A stretch of 64,000 nt of DNA from Paraspadella gotoi (taxonomy: Eukaryota; Animalia; Chaetognatha): assembly GCA_051294375.1 (NCBI GenBank), contig CM119263.1:1691664-1755663 (forward strand). The letters run 5' to 3'. The translations under genes and the position numbers were made by a program. Below, in pieces: positions 25,721 to 38,100 of this stretch (position 1 is its first letter; every line of letters starts with the position of its first letter). The notes under the pieces were generated by a model that was not told the origin of the DNA, did not search any database, and saw only the letters and a program-made list of their open reading frames with translations.

Positions 25721-28700
25721 CTCCTCTTTCTCGAGACTACCGTCTGATAAATCTTTTTCTCCCGTCTGGATCCATTGGTCAACAACGCCCTAAGACCGTT
25801 GTGTGGATTGACCGGCACTCATATGAGCTTTGGATCTCCTCTCTGCATTCCTTCCTTCCGTCTTTCCATTCACTCGCTTCGCTCGACCAATTGGCTCTCT
25901 TCCATAACTGCTCGTCTTCGCACGTCAGTAGCATCCCCATCTCTTACCAAGGCTCGACTCTGACTGTCTACGTTCCTGCACCTGTCTTCCTCTCTTGGCT
26001 CCTAGAATTAGCCACGCTCCTAACGGCGCACGCATGCGACTCTTGCTAATTAGCGGTTTCAGTTCGCTGTGACGCCGCAGTGTACAGGCTACTGTCCAGC
26101 ACAGAATGCCGTTCGAGATCCAGCACGACGCCGAGTGAGTCGATCGAGAGATGCCGATCTCCCGTCCGTCCTGGCCTCTCTCCCGCGGCTCGGCCGCATC
26201 GGCCGCCATGCGCATCGCCGAGTAGTTGGTTGCCGCACCGTGCGGTAGGATCGGAGCTCGAGTTGTCGTGCGAGCTGGTGGGTGAAATATATATGTGCAA
26301 AGAATGAGAGAGTAGACAGAAATTAAGGAGATTTTGAGCAACATCCCACTGAGTTTATATAGTTACTGTACTATAGAATACATGGAGAACACGCCAAAAA
26401 TTCAGTGAGGAGAAAAACTAGCCAAAACGTATCTGATTGGAAGGAAGGTCCTGGTTGATAACTAATTCTGGTGAGAGTGTTAAGGTGAAAACGTTAGAGA
26501 GACAGCCCGCGTGTAGAGATACTTGAATGAATAGTCTTGTAATGGTGATGATATTATTTTGTAGAAGGTAGATAGTATCAGGCCTCTAATAACACGCATC
26601 CTGTGTCCCGCTCAGGGGCGAAAGTACTGGTATATACAGTAAGGCCGTGTGGCGTATATTTTACAACCATGCCTCACGTGAAATCGACTCACTGGCTCAG
26701 AGGTAGGCCGATACGCTACACATCCCAAGGCCTTGCTGTGTTTCACATCCAGTTTTTATCCGTCCCTTAACGACCTCTCTCTCTCGGTGTGAGCAATGTC
26801 TGCCATAAGACCTGCATCCATAGCTCAGTTGACTACTAAGAGCTGTTAATCTAGAAGTACTTGAGACTCTCCCCCACTACCTCAAACCAATAAGACCACT
26901 ACCAACAACCAGATCCGCCAATAGCGGTCGTTCATTATACCTACGTGGTACCCGGGAACCAAATTGGTGGTCAACCGAATGCTCTCAACTACATAGGAAC
27001 AGGCGGCGGGCGAGCGATTAAACGGACGTCGCTCATACTTTTTGTGAAGAGTCGCTCGAGCGTCCTGGAATGGTCCGTAGAGGTCATCAGATATCACGAG
27101 TGTCCATCGTATAACTCTATAATCACATTCACAGAATCCCACGACGGCTCTCTGCCTCGAGTGGATTCCTTTGAGCATCCTCTCTCGGACCCGAGGTGCA
27201 TGCTCCGGGCGGCGCGTAATGACTCCGATGAGTTCGGACAGTACTTGACCTGTAAAATATCCTTAGGCGTCGTGGGTTCGGTAGACCCAAGCATCATGCG
27301 GCTCATAACCCTTCCTGTACCGATAATTCACCTCCTCTTACAACTCGCGATCGTCTCACAGCGTCGAGTGACGCCGAGGAATTCTGAACGGCGAGAAACT
27401 AAGGGTCAGGTTGACCCTGGTGGCATATTGACTACACCCAACGTAGCAACTCTACTCAATGCCGGGTTAATATTAAATAATTTACCCTCCAGTTTACTGT
27501 CGTTCGTATAGATTTTCTTCCGTTCAATATCACTAGTTTCCGCATTCTCGTCACTTGTTTACTTCCGGTAGGATAGCTGAGGTGGCGCCCCAATGGGTCG
27601 GAACCCCGACCAATGGCCGGACCAGGAGAGAGTCTAGGTAGAGAGAAGAGAGAAAGGTGACTTGCATCTCTGAACTGCCCCGATCCCTGGGGGAGGCATG
27701 AGAGGGGTGAATAGAAGATGGGGGGCGTAATGCCCGCGTCTGGTCTATCACCTTATTATACTCGTCAACAACAACATCAACGAAACACCCGGCGACCGTC
27801 GAACCCCAGCATCGCCGCGGGTCTGAAGTATGAGCGGAGACTGGAAATCCCGACGAGACGCCCGACATAAACGCGCCCCAAAGAGCGCGCGTTAATCGCG
27901 CCCCGCCTGCTGCGTAGTCGGCCGGCGTCTCTCCATCGCGCCCCACAGCACGTATAGGATAGACGTAGCCGCCTGTTTCTGGTAGTGGATATTATGTTCA
28001 ACTAGAACGAAAATATAAACGAATAAATTAATAAATTTATGATTAATTGATGATTTAATTTCAGAATTCGATACCCCGGTAATGAAAACCTAAAAAAAAA
28101 CCTTAACTAAAATACTAAGATTTAGTAAAATACTAATGTATCCTTGTGTTGAGCCCGTATCCCCGGCTCTCGATCGCGGCGACAATACTAGTTAAACTAT
28201 TATAGCAATAAGAATCCAGTATTCATCGCGTCTCCATTTCCTAACCTCGATTCGGTTGAAAGATCAGACGTTTCTTCCTAATTTTCTTTCTCATATTCTT
28301 TTAGTAAAAACTACTCGTGGATTTTAAAAATGACATTCCGTCCGTCTTTCTTTTTTCTATTCAAACTCAAATGTCGATTCCAGTGGAAAACATCGGCGGC
28401 GCGGCGCCGCGCAACCGCATGAAGAAGAATGGGAATCTCCTTGCCTTCGACATCGGGAAGCCACGGGATAAGGAAAAGTTCGCCAGCGTTCTATTTGGCC
28501 AAAGAGGAAGACGGCGGACTACATCGTCGCCTTGAAAGTTTCTCTTCAAGTCGCAGTTGTGAGAAGAAGGCCAATTGCGAGCAACAGTTGATTGACTGAA
28601 GAGGATCGAGATTCCAGCTCATTGCGTCATCCACAGTTCGATTGGCTGCCGCCTTGTTACCAATGTGGTTTCCATGACGAGTGTAAAGAAGATTATTCTC

Positions 28701-31700
28701 GTTCTCGAATTCGCGGCCCAGGGAGAAACCTCTATAAAAACACTCACCAAACATGTAAGGCAGTCAGATCTCCCGGCCAGGTGCCGGCTCGAATACGATT
28801 ACTACTCGGAAAGAACTTTTGCGGGTTAATTTACTTTCGCCTGACCGGGTGTTAGGGGGGGTTAGGGTTAAGTAATTTATTAAAAACATATTTTAAATGT
28901 TTTGAAAAAAAGTTAAACTGCGGATCGGCGAAGTAAAATTTGCCTTATTTTCTTATCCAACCAACCTTAATTATTAATTATTTTATATAAATACAATTCG
29001 CTAATGAAGATTTGAATTAGATCTGAAATATCGTGAAATTATTTCCAAATATTTTTTCTCATTACATACACAACGAAGAGAAAGGATGGACATTTAATTA
29101 TTTAATTCATAAATATAATTCTTAACCATAATTAAAAAATTTAATTTCTTAAATTTAACAATCATAAATGAAGTGGGTGCGCTCCGGGGAAATGCCACTT
29201 TGACTTTTGTACGACAGGTCTGGTTCGACGAAACCCGATACGGCCACTTACATCGCGGAACTTTGCACAACGCTGGACTATTGTCACAAAGATGAAAGTG
29301 ATCATCGCGACATCCAAACCTGAGGAATTTAAGCTTCTCAGTTTAAGAGGAGAAATCAAGAATCTGCGGACCTTCTGGATCGGTCGGGCTTCCACGCTCT
29401 CCTTTCGTCTCGGAAGAAAGACCCTCTGGGGACGTTTGGATTATCTCCCGGAAGATGGTGGAAGGGTCGCGTCACACGATGAGATGTGAGACTTTTTTGT
29501 GAACATGAGAATAATTAATACTAATGGTGGGGCCTATGACTGCATGACACATAACGTTGCATTTGTTACTTTACTAGGTTCGCAGATCACTAACAAGTCA
29601 AGCTCTATAGTTCAGTCTTCGTGATGATCAGTGATATATTATTACTTTTGTTCTTATTCGCTTTCTTTTTAAAGATTTGAGCCACTGGACTATCGGCACA
29701 GGTCCTATGTACAATCTCTAGTGGGCAGACGCGCCGTTGTCGAAAGTCAACATCAGGCGGTTTTATAATCGACGAGATCCAGCAAAGTCGATCTCGCAGT
29801 TCCCTGCGGCTAAATCTGCGTCGTCCACGAACAGCAGAAGATTTTTGAGATCGGAAGTTCCGGTGGTCAAGTACAACGCAGCCAGCTCGCATTCCCTTCG
29901 AGGAGGCGCTCAATCATCCCTGGATCCAAGTAAGAACGCTATTCAGTGACGTCGCCCATTCGGAAGGGCTCTCACCTCTTCATGCCAACGCAGACTCAAG
30001 AAGCAAAAGCGTGAAAATGTAAAAAATAAATTAATAGATGATAGACATTTTGAAATTTGGAGATCTCTATCCTCTCTCTTGCGGAATCGCTCCCGGGGGG
30101 ATATATGTATTTTCTATGAATATCCTGTTATGTTATGTGATCAGAGGACTGTTAGTGTTTCACTTGTTACACGATACTCTCCGACTACGGAGCTTTTTTA
30201 ATTCGGGACTTCTCACCGAATCTTGTTTTAGTCCTATGGAAAATTTTCTCGCCGCGGTAATTCTCTTATATATACCATTATTTTAACGAGTTTTGTTTTC
30301 TATTTAAAGGGCTATAGTTTATAGGCGTCTTTTGGAATCTCCAATTACACCATTAACTTTAAGTACAAATATTTAAGGCGGCAACAAGTAAATGAACACA
30401 AAAAAAAGAGTTTACCATAACTTATTTTTCTGAAGCAAAAAACAATGTATCGTTGGGTCTGCTACAGCACCGGATCCCCGCTTGAAGTTCCGGTCGTAAA
30501 GGAAAAGGAGAACGGCGAAGAGCGCCGCCACACTGACCGACGAAAACTCTGACCGCCGCTCAGTCGACGGCCGGGTTTGTGTTCCGGCTCGCTCCGCCCC
30601 ACTGCCGCGCTGCGATCGTAGAGTGCCGCTTTTGACGATCGATACTGTTGCGTTTGCGGGCGGTCGCCTGCGCGACGTCGTTGGGGCGTATGGCGCCGCG
30701 GAGGTACCACTTCAGGTTGGGCGCCCGTAGTCGGCGGCTGTACCAGGGATCATTATCGTTCGGCATTTTGACATGGAGGCGCCGCCTCGACATTCCGTAG
30801 GAAAGATTTCAACCTGACATGGTATCTATAAATAATAAAATGAAATTGATTAGTTGTGACTGGCTAATTGTATAATTCATAATTACCTACACGTATGACA
30901 CGATTTTCTCTAAAGGCGCTATCTTCTATGTTCCCTCTGCTGCGACAGTTCGACAACGATGACAGGTACATGCCTGGGGTGCTGAGGGCATTAAACCGAC
31001 AGGGGGCAAATGCTGCCTTTGGACGCTGCTCATGTCTGTCGACTGGAGGTGGTCTATTCCCAGCCATTTAACCTTCTGACCGTGGGGTGGCGTGCAACCT
31101 TGACAACTCAAGGTTTGTATCGAGCTATGTCTTAAGCTATGGTCGGAGAGATTATGGCAACAGCCGGGTTTGCCGTGATGCCCATTGGGATTACCGGGCA
31201 TCTAGCACTGCCTTCGGCACTTGTGATGGCTCCGCTCGCTCCCTCAGTTGACGACATCCCAGTCACTGGCCGCGGTTCCACCTTAGGAATACTGTCTCGC
31301 TTTGCCAACTGCCAGATCGGAAGCTCGTTAGGACCTGTGGATAGCAACACTAGCATGAGATGGTGTCCGTTTCTCCCCTCTGAACCAATGGATTTGGGCT
31401 GAACGATGGTTGGAGGGTGCAGGCGTGTGACTTACCCGCTCACAGAGCCGAGGTTTACCAAGATAGGACGGATGAGGCGGAATGACTAAAACAATCTGTC
31501 AACTTTCGTCTCAACAAGTCGTCGTATATTATTTCATAATATTATCATTAGTTGGTCAGATTAATGTCATAAATAATAACTTTGGCTCTTTCTTGTTTCG
31601 ATTATTTTGTTAATAATATTTAGTTTAGTTCCTATCATATTTTTTTCAATACCAAACAAAATGAAATATTGACAAATGTTCTCACCAGCATTCTCGAGAT

Positions 31701-33790
31701 ACGAAAAATGTAAGAGGGCGACGGAGGCCTTGGAAAACGCCCAGCACCACGATAGGCTGTCGAGATCTTCCGATCGAAAGCTGGAGATGATCGTCCGATT
31801 CTCCTGAAGAGAAGTAACACTTTCCCCCCCCAAACACGCCACTCTATTTTCATTACCTCTTTTCTCCGCTCCACCAGGGCCAACCGCGACGCGAGTGACG
31901 TTCGTCAACGCCAGCGCCGCCGCCCCGACGAAAGAGCCGCTTCGGCGCGACAGTCGTTTCGAGAAATGGCTTGACTATGAGAGAGAGAGAAAAAGCGCCG
32001 AGCTCCATAGAAAAAGTGGAGGGCGGTGCATGAAGGAGCACGTTCTCGGCCTAGTAGGCGAAGTCTGAGGAAAATAAAAAGGGGGGGGGTGGAAGAGAAA
32101 AATGTCAGGACTGACCGACTCAACATAAATGACAGAATGAAGAATTTAGCAACACGGAATTTCTATCTCAACATCGTCAGCGAAACGAAAAGTGATTAAC
32201 CGAAAGAAGAGTAACTCACATTGCAATATTAGTTGCGGGCCGTCAATAATGCCCATAGCAAGACCTTGGCATCCGATAAGTTATGAGTACGGGAGAGGTG
32301 CCTGTCGACGGAATTACCAAGTTTCCAGTTTTAATTTGTCTTCGAGTTGATTTACTTTTCTTGTAAATTTGTTAAATTGCTAAAAAAAAAAAATACTATG
32401 GGGATTAAATTTCTTTGATTAGTTACTTGACAGCTCTTCCTGTCATCTTGTCATTCCATCTGCCATTCCATCTGTCATCCTTATGTCATTCACATCTGTC
32501 AGCGTGCTCACGAGCAAAGCAGAAATCCGACATGGTAAGCGAAAGGACGAAGAAGCGAAGCAAGCGTCGACATCATCCCGTATGATCGATCTGTAAAGAC
32601 TAACGGCCAGCAGGGGACAACAACATGAGAGGGCCTAAATTCATTGCGTGAAATATTCAAATTGGAACAAGGTTTCATTACATCGTTTTCACGCGAAATT
32701 GCCTAAAATAAAAAATAAAAATATATATCATAATTTTAAATTATATTTAAATTTATTTGTGTAATAATATCAAAATGTTACGTTTTTTTCGTTTTATTGA
32801 GTTAATACTTTAATTTTAGCTTAAACATGGTGGAAAATTATGAAAAAAAAAGGCCCGTTTGGTAATTGTTGCTTTTCAAAATTGTTAGATCTAAATGATA
32901 AAGGACTCTAGTAAGAGGAGCCCATTATTTAAATCTCTAATCGATGCTTTATATGCGATATAATATATTTTTTAAATTTAAATTAAATGAGCGAATGTCA
33001 TAAAATTAGTATTTACAAAAGTTTTAAAAACATTTTATATCCAGCGTGAAATTTAATTTTTCGCCAGATCCTAATGTGTCTCACTGGCCTTGCGTGAAAA
33101 GACCCAAGACCAAAGTGTTGAAGCTCACGCCCAGGAGGCAACTGAGTTCGGGAGGGCGGGGACCGAGAAAAGAGACGTCATGATCCCGAAAGAGAGAAAG
33201 ATGAGACATAAGTTGGGAGAACCGAGTGAGAAGATGAGCTCGAAGAATGACGAAGGGGGACATCGAGATGTCCTTCAAGCCGTGGAGGGTTTTTGTCGCC
33301 GACTGAAAGAAGGATTGGAGTAATGTAAGAATCGAGGAGGGTAAGCGTGAGGCCAAGTTAAGGAAAGGGTAAAGAGAAGGTTAAGGTAAGGTTAGGGGCA
33401 AGGTTAGGACCAAGGTACGGTTAATGTTAGGCAAGGTTAAGGCAAGATAGGGCAAGGTTACGGTAATGTTAAGGCAAGGTTAGGCAAGATTGGGCAAGGG
33501 TGAGTAGAAAACGTTCACTCGCCTGGGATTCGACGCTGAATCGGAGCGTCTATCGAGACGATTTTCCCCCCGGCCCCGGCGGGGCAATTTTCGAATTTTT
33601 TTTTTCCCGGTTCCCGAGAAACGAGTGTTCTCCGGCACCGCTACTCCGCCATTCGCCGGAATGGGCGAGGTCGTCGCCGCCGGACGCCGGAGACGCGTCG
33701 TCGGCTCCTCCAAATCGGACCGAGTCTTTGAGTCTGTATTCACGATAGTCTTCAAGCCGAAACCCTGGAATCAGAAGCGTATCGTCAGCG
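23974..33790 (-). CDS. MFSD4: MFS transporter, MFSD4 / sodium-dependent glucose transporter 1-like; copy 1 (exons in order, indel-rich)
   Basis: Exons in order at ~33500-33790, ~33080-33330 (SFLGP..PEL...LGV), ~32500-32640, ~32215-32315, ~31685-32065 (degraded [25 protein letters not shown]), ~30465-30813, ~27750-27975 and ~25095-25231 ([22 protein letters not shown]). The last exon, ~23974-24920, is split by a MITE. One expected late transmembrane exon was not found. Confidence 0.72.
24104..24797. mobile_element. Non-autonomous hAT-like MITE / foldback element (694 bp)
   Basis: Terminal inverted repeats TAAGGCGTAGT...ACTACGCCTTA, with imperfect inverted symmetry throughout (GCAGTAGGCCATAT / ATATAGCCTACTGC; CATTAAGTGGGT / ACCCACTTAATG). 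TSD is CTGCCAC (24097-24103) / CTGCCCAC (24798-24805). The empty site is visible at 35308-35315. Confidence 0.88.
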
Positions 33791-33800
33791 GTCCGCCACG
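27630..33800 (+). repeat. Direct duplicate of 43290-48930
   Basis: Colinear MFS exons, nested Aurora and structured intron island; this copy has higher indel density. Confidence 0.9.
28371..30053 (+). pseudogene. Aurora kinase, heavily indel-degraded copy (probably low-quality read redundancy)
   Basis: Colinear with 43989-45491 in both exons and introns, with many frameshifting indels. Confidence 0.8.
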
Positions 33801-35186
33801 ACATTCTCTCCTCTTGTGNNNNNNNNNNNNNNNNNNNNNNNNNGAAGAGAAGAGAAGAGAAGAGAGAGAAGAGATAGAATAGAATAGAATAGATAGAAAT
33901 AGAAATAGAATAAACGAATAGAATAGAATAGAATAGAGATAGAATTGATAGAATAAATAGAAATAGAATAAGAATTGAATGATTTGAATAGAATAGAGAA
34001 TAATAGAAATAGGATAGAATAGGATAGAATATAATAGAATAGAATAGTATATAATAGAATAGAAAGTAGAAGAGAAGAGAAGAGAAGAGAAGAAGAAGAG
34101 AAGAGAAGAGAAGAAGAAGAGAAGAGAAGAGAAAAGAAGAGAAGATAATAAGAAGAGAAGAGAAGAGAAGAGAAGTAAAAGAAGAGAAGAGAAGAAGAAG
34201 AATGGATAGAATAGAATAGAATAGAATAGAATAGATAGAATAGAATAGATAGAATAGAAGAGAAGAGAGAGGAAAGAGAAAAAAGAAGAGAAGAAAGAGA
34301 AGAGAAGAGAAGAAGAAATGGGAATAGAATAGAATAGAATAGAATAGAATAGAATAGAATAGAATAGAATAAAAAAAAAGGAAAATAGAATAAAAGAAAG
34401 AAAGAAAAGAAAAGAAATAAGAATAAAGAAAAGAAAAAGAAAGAAAGAAAAGAAGAAAAAGAAAAGAAATACACAGCGAGGGATTTAAAGCGACACAGCG
34501 GGTTTTCCCTTGAATTTTCATTTCGAGAGATTCTTGGCGTCGACGGGAACAACAACAACAACAACAACAACCGACGACAGAAAAAACTCTAGATTTTTTC
34601 GAAAGATTTTTGAAGGATTGAATCAAATGTTCATATCTCAATTATAATTTAAAATTTAGGAGTTTGCCAATACCTGATTTATATAATTGGAAATTTTTGA
34701 AATACTGAATTTTGATAGGGTATGAACGAGACTGTGAGGGAGTCTTGATGAAAGCTTCTCAGGGTCCTGCTCATGTCAATATCTCGTAAGAGTCATGGAG
34801 GCATTCAATCAACGTCGCCTTTGTGAGGCTTTTCTCATCTTTTATTAAGTTATTTTTTGCAGTATTACTTCTCCTACGTATATTTCATTTTCTAATCTTA
34901 TACGAAGAAGAATTTATGACCAATAAGTTAGTCTTATGTATGTATTAAAAAAACAAAAAATATATAAAGAGTTTTGATTATTTCTCCAATAGCAATAATA
35001 GTAAATCAATGATTTAAAATAATAACATTTTTCATTTGTTAAAGACGATTAACAAGACAAACTAATTAATGTATATTGAATGTCCTAAGAAGGTAAATAT
35101 ATATGAATCGGAGTGAGTAATTTAGTTTGATTTAAATGCTAACATTAAAGGAGAGTAATGTTTTAAAAATATATTAGCAAAACGGT

Positions 35187-38100
35187 TCACTGATTATATC
35201 CGTAATCTGTGCTGCATCGGGGAGGTCCTGCCGCGCCTGTCGCCGCTCCTGTCGCCGCGCCTGTCGCCGCGTCTGTCGCTGTGCCTGTCGCCCCGCCTGA
35301 TTCCGCGCTGCCCACACCTTCCGAATTCACACATCGTTTATCGTAGAGAGATTTTCTGAACGAAATGCTGACGAAAAAAACCAAATAAGGAGAAAAGATG
35401 GCGACGGCTCAGCTGTCGAACAGGAGAATGCTGAAGTGAAGAAAATTAAGGTGTAATGCCGTTGTGGATACAGTCGTTTTTGGAGAATACAGTAAACGAG
35501 GGTTAAAGCGGAATGATTTCTTTGTTTTAGTTAACTAAAACCTATTTTTCTGTATTAACCTTTTTTTTTATGATTTATCAAAATTAAAGGGGATTTCTTA
35601 GAAATGCTCACCGATCCAGAGGACGGCGTCGGGTCCGATGTCATCGTCGACGAAGGCGTGGCCGACGAATACGGGGACGAGCATCTCGCCCACGGCGGCG
35701 CCGAAGACGATCGTCGAGGTCATCCAGGCCGGGGTGTTGACGGGAGCCTGGGGGGGGAGGAAGGGGGGGGAAAGAATCCAAATGGATTAACTCTTCCTAA
35801 TCTTTTTTTCTAAAATTATTCCTCTTTTCTCTCTTTTCTATTCTTTCTCTTCCTAAACTTTTCCTATTTTCTTACTCTCTCATCTCTCCAAGTTCTAAGT
35901 CTCACCCTCTTTCTCTCTTCTTCCTCCTCCTTCTTTTTCTCCTTTCTGATCTCTCTTCCTTTCCTAATTACTTCTCTCCTCCTCCGCTTCACTCTCTTCT
36001 CTCTCTTCGCTTCACCTCTTCCTCTCTCTTCTTCTCTCTTCTCTCCCCCACCCTCTCCTCTTTCCTCTCTCTGCTCCCTTCACCTCTTCCTCTTCTCTTC
36101 TCTCTCCTCTTCTCCCGCCCAACCCCTCTCCTCTTTCCTCTCTCCCCCTATCACCTCTTCCTCTCGTCTCTGTCTCTCTCTATCTCCTCCCACCTCTCCT
36201 CTTTCCCCTCTCCCCTATCGCCTCTCCGCGCTCTCTTCTCTCTCTTCTCCCCCTCGTACCCTCTTCCTCTGTCCCTTTCCCCTTCAGTTCCAGAACTTTC
36301 GTCCCCCGAGCAGGAAAAAGGAATGGAATTCGTGATTCCATCCGATTTGCTGTCTCGGTTGGATCTCAAAGTCGTTTCGCTTCAAACACAAACGTTGCTT
36401 AGTCACGAAGAACGCCGACCTTCGACGCCCGAAGCTTCCCGCTGAAGAGGGGCGCTGGCAACATACGCGCAAACCGATAACGAAAAACTTCAGCTAAACG
36501 AATCGGAATATCGGTTTAACTTTAAATTTAGAGATAAATTTGATTTGATTGATTGATTGATTATGATTGATTGCATTGATGATTGCGATTGCATTGATTG
36601 ATTGATTAAAATATTTTAGTCCATCGGGCGCATCAACGTCAAACGCGTTAGAAAAAGATTCTGCGCCCTCGAAAAAAAATTTCCTACTCACAACTCGAGA
36701 GACCAATCTGCAAGTGATTTTAACGAAAAACTATTGGTTTATTTTATAATACTAACGAACTATTAGTTAAAATTAATTAATCGATTATTAATTTACTTAT
36801 ATAATATATAGTGGCAGCGGAAACGTTGGAGAGAGATCGCGACTATTTGGCGAAAATGGAAGAGACATTTTCATTGTTCGTCCGCCATGTGGGAAGAAAA
36901 TCAATTCTCGCCGGAACCTCAAGTCTTGATTTCAATTAGAACTGATAATGTGAAACTTGTTTGTTTAAGTAACAAGAAAAACAATGATAGATATTTAAAA
37001 CCACGCGAAACAAATTAAAACGGAGAGAAGAAAAACATCGAATTAATTGAAAATTTAAAAACTAATTTATAATTGTAGTATTTTTGGGCAGAACTTTATA
37101 CGTCAATTTTCTAAACACTTAACTGAGCAGGAAAGAAATATAATAAATAACCAGCTTATCCAGTACATTATCGTGAAAAAAACTATATTTTCTTTAAGGA
37201 AAATAATACTTATTCGCTTCAAAACGCTATTTTAAACGATCTCATGCTAGTTATTCTGCAAGAATATGCAATAATTAGTTGACGCTAAAAAATAGATCTA
37301 TGACTTTTCGAAAATATTAGAATTACGTTTTCTGTCTGAAGCAAAAGAATCAAAAGGCAAGGCATGATGAGGAAACCCGGATTGTCATTGTAATTATTCA
37401 AACATATCCGGATGCTTCGTTTAACATACACATCGAAAATCACGGTTGTCGTCGCATATCCAAATTAAAGCCCGGATGTCGTTGAATTTTCCATATCAAA
37501 GACGGCTGTGGTACATGGCGAGAACGCGAAGCCGGATGTCGTTACATCCCCGGGCCAGCGCCTGCAGCGGTTTCAGGGAACGACGCCTGATGTCGCCGAT
37601 CTCCATGGATCTCCTGGAAACAGTGATGGGAAATTATTTAGAGAGAGAGAGAGAGAGACAGAGAGAGAGAGAGATGAGATGAGAGAGAAGAGGTCGAGAG
37701 AGGAGACAGATGAGAGAGCGAGAGAGAGCAGAGAGAAGCATTAATACCGCCATTGGACTTGCGACAAGCCGGACAACAAGGAGCGCCCTCTCGGTCTTCT
37801 CGTGATCAAGTTTCGCGCTTGTCATGGACATCCATTATTTTAACCAGTCTCATCAAACATCATCTATCATCATCATCGTTCTTCATCGTTCATCATCATT
37901 CATCTTCTCATCATCACATCATCATCATCATTCATCATATCATCATCATTCATCAATATTTTTCCTTTATATCAATTACATCCGCGCGAATCTCGCACTC
38001 ACCCGGATATCCTCGACTCGGTCCGTTCCTGGGAATTTTCGCTTGTTTGTTTCTGAGGCGGAAAAGATTGAATTGAAATAAATCGACACGTGACAACTGT

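Noticed and set aside
28371-30053. A second functional Aurora paralogue
   Set aside because: Introns and flanks are near-identical to the other copy and the differences are random indels, consistent with read error or a redundant copy.
33550-34641. 363-aa hydrophobic ORF, and similar F/L/S-rich ORFs elsewhere
   Set aside because: Translation of (TATTC)n and (TCTTC)n microsatellites, running across an N gap.
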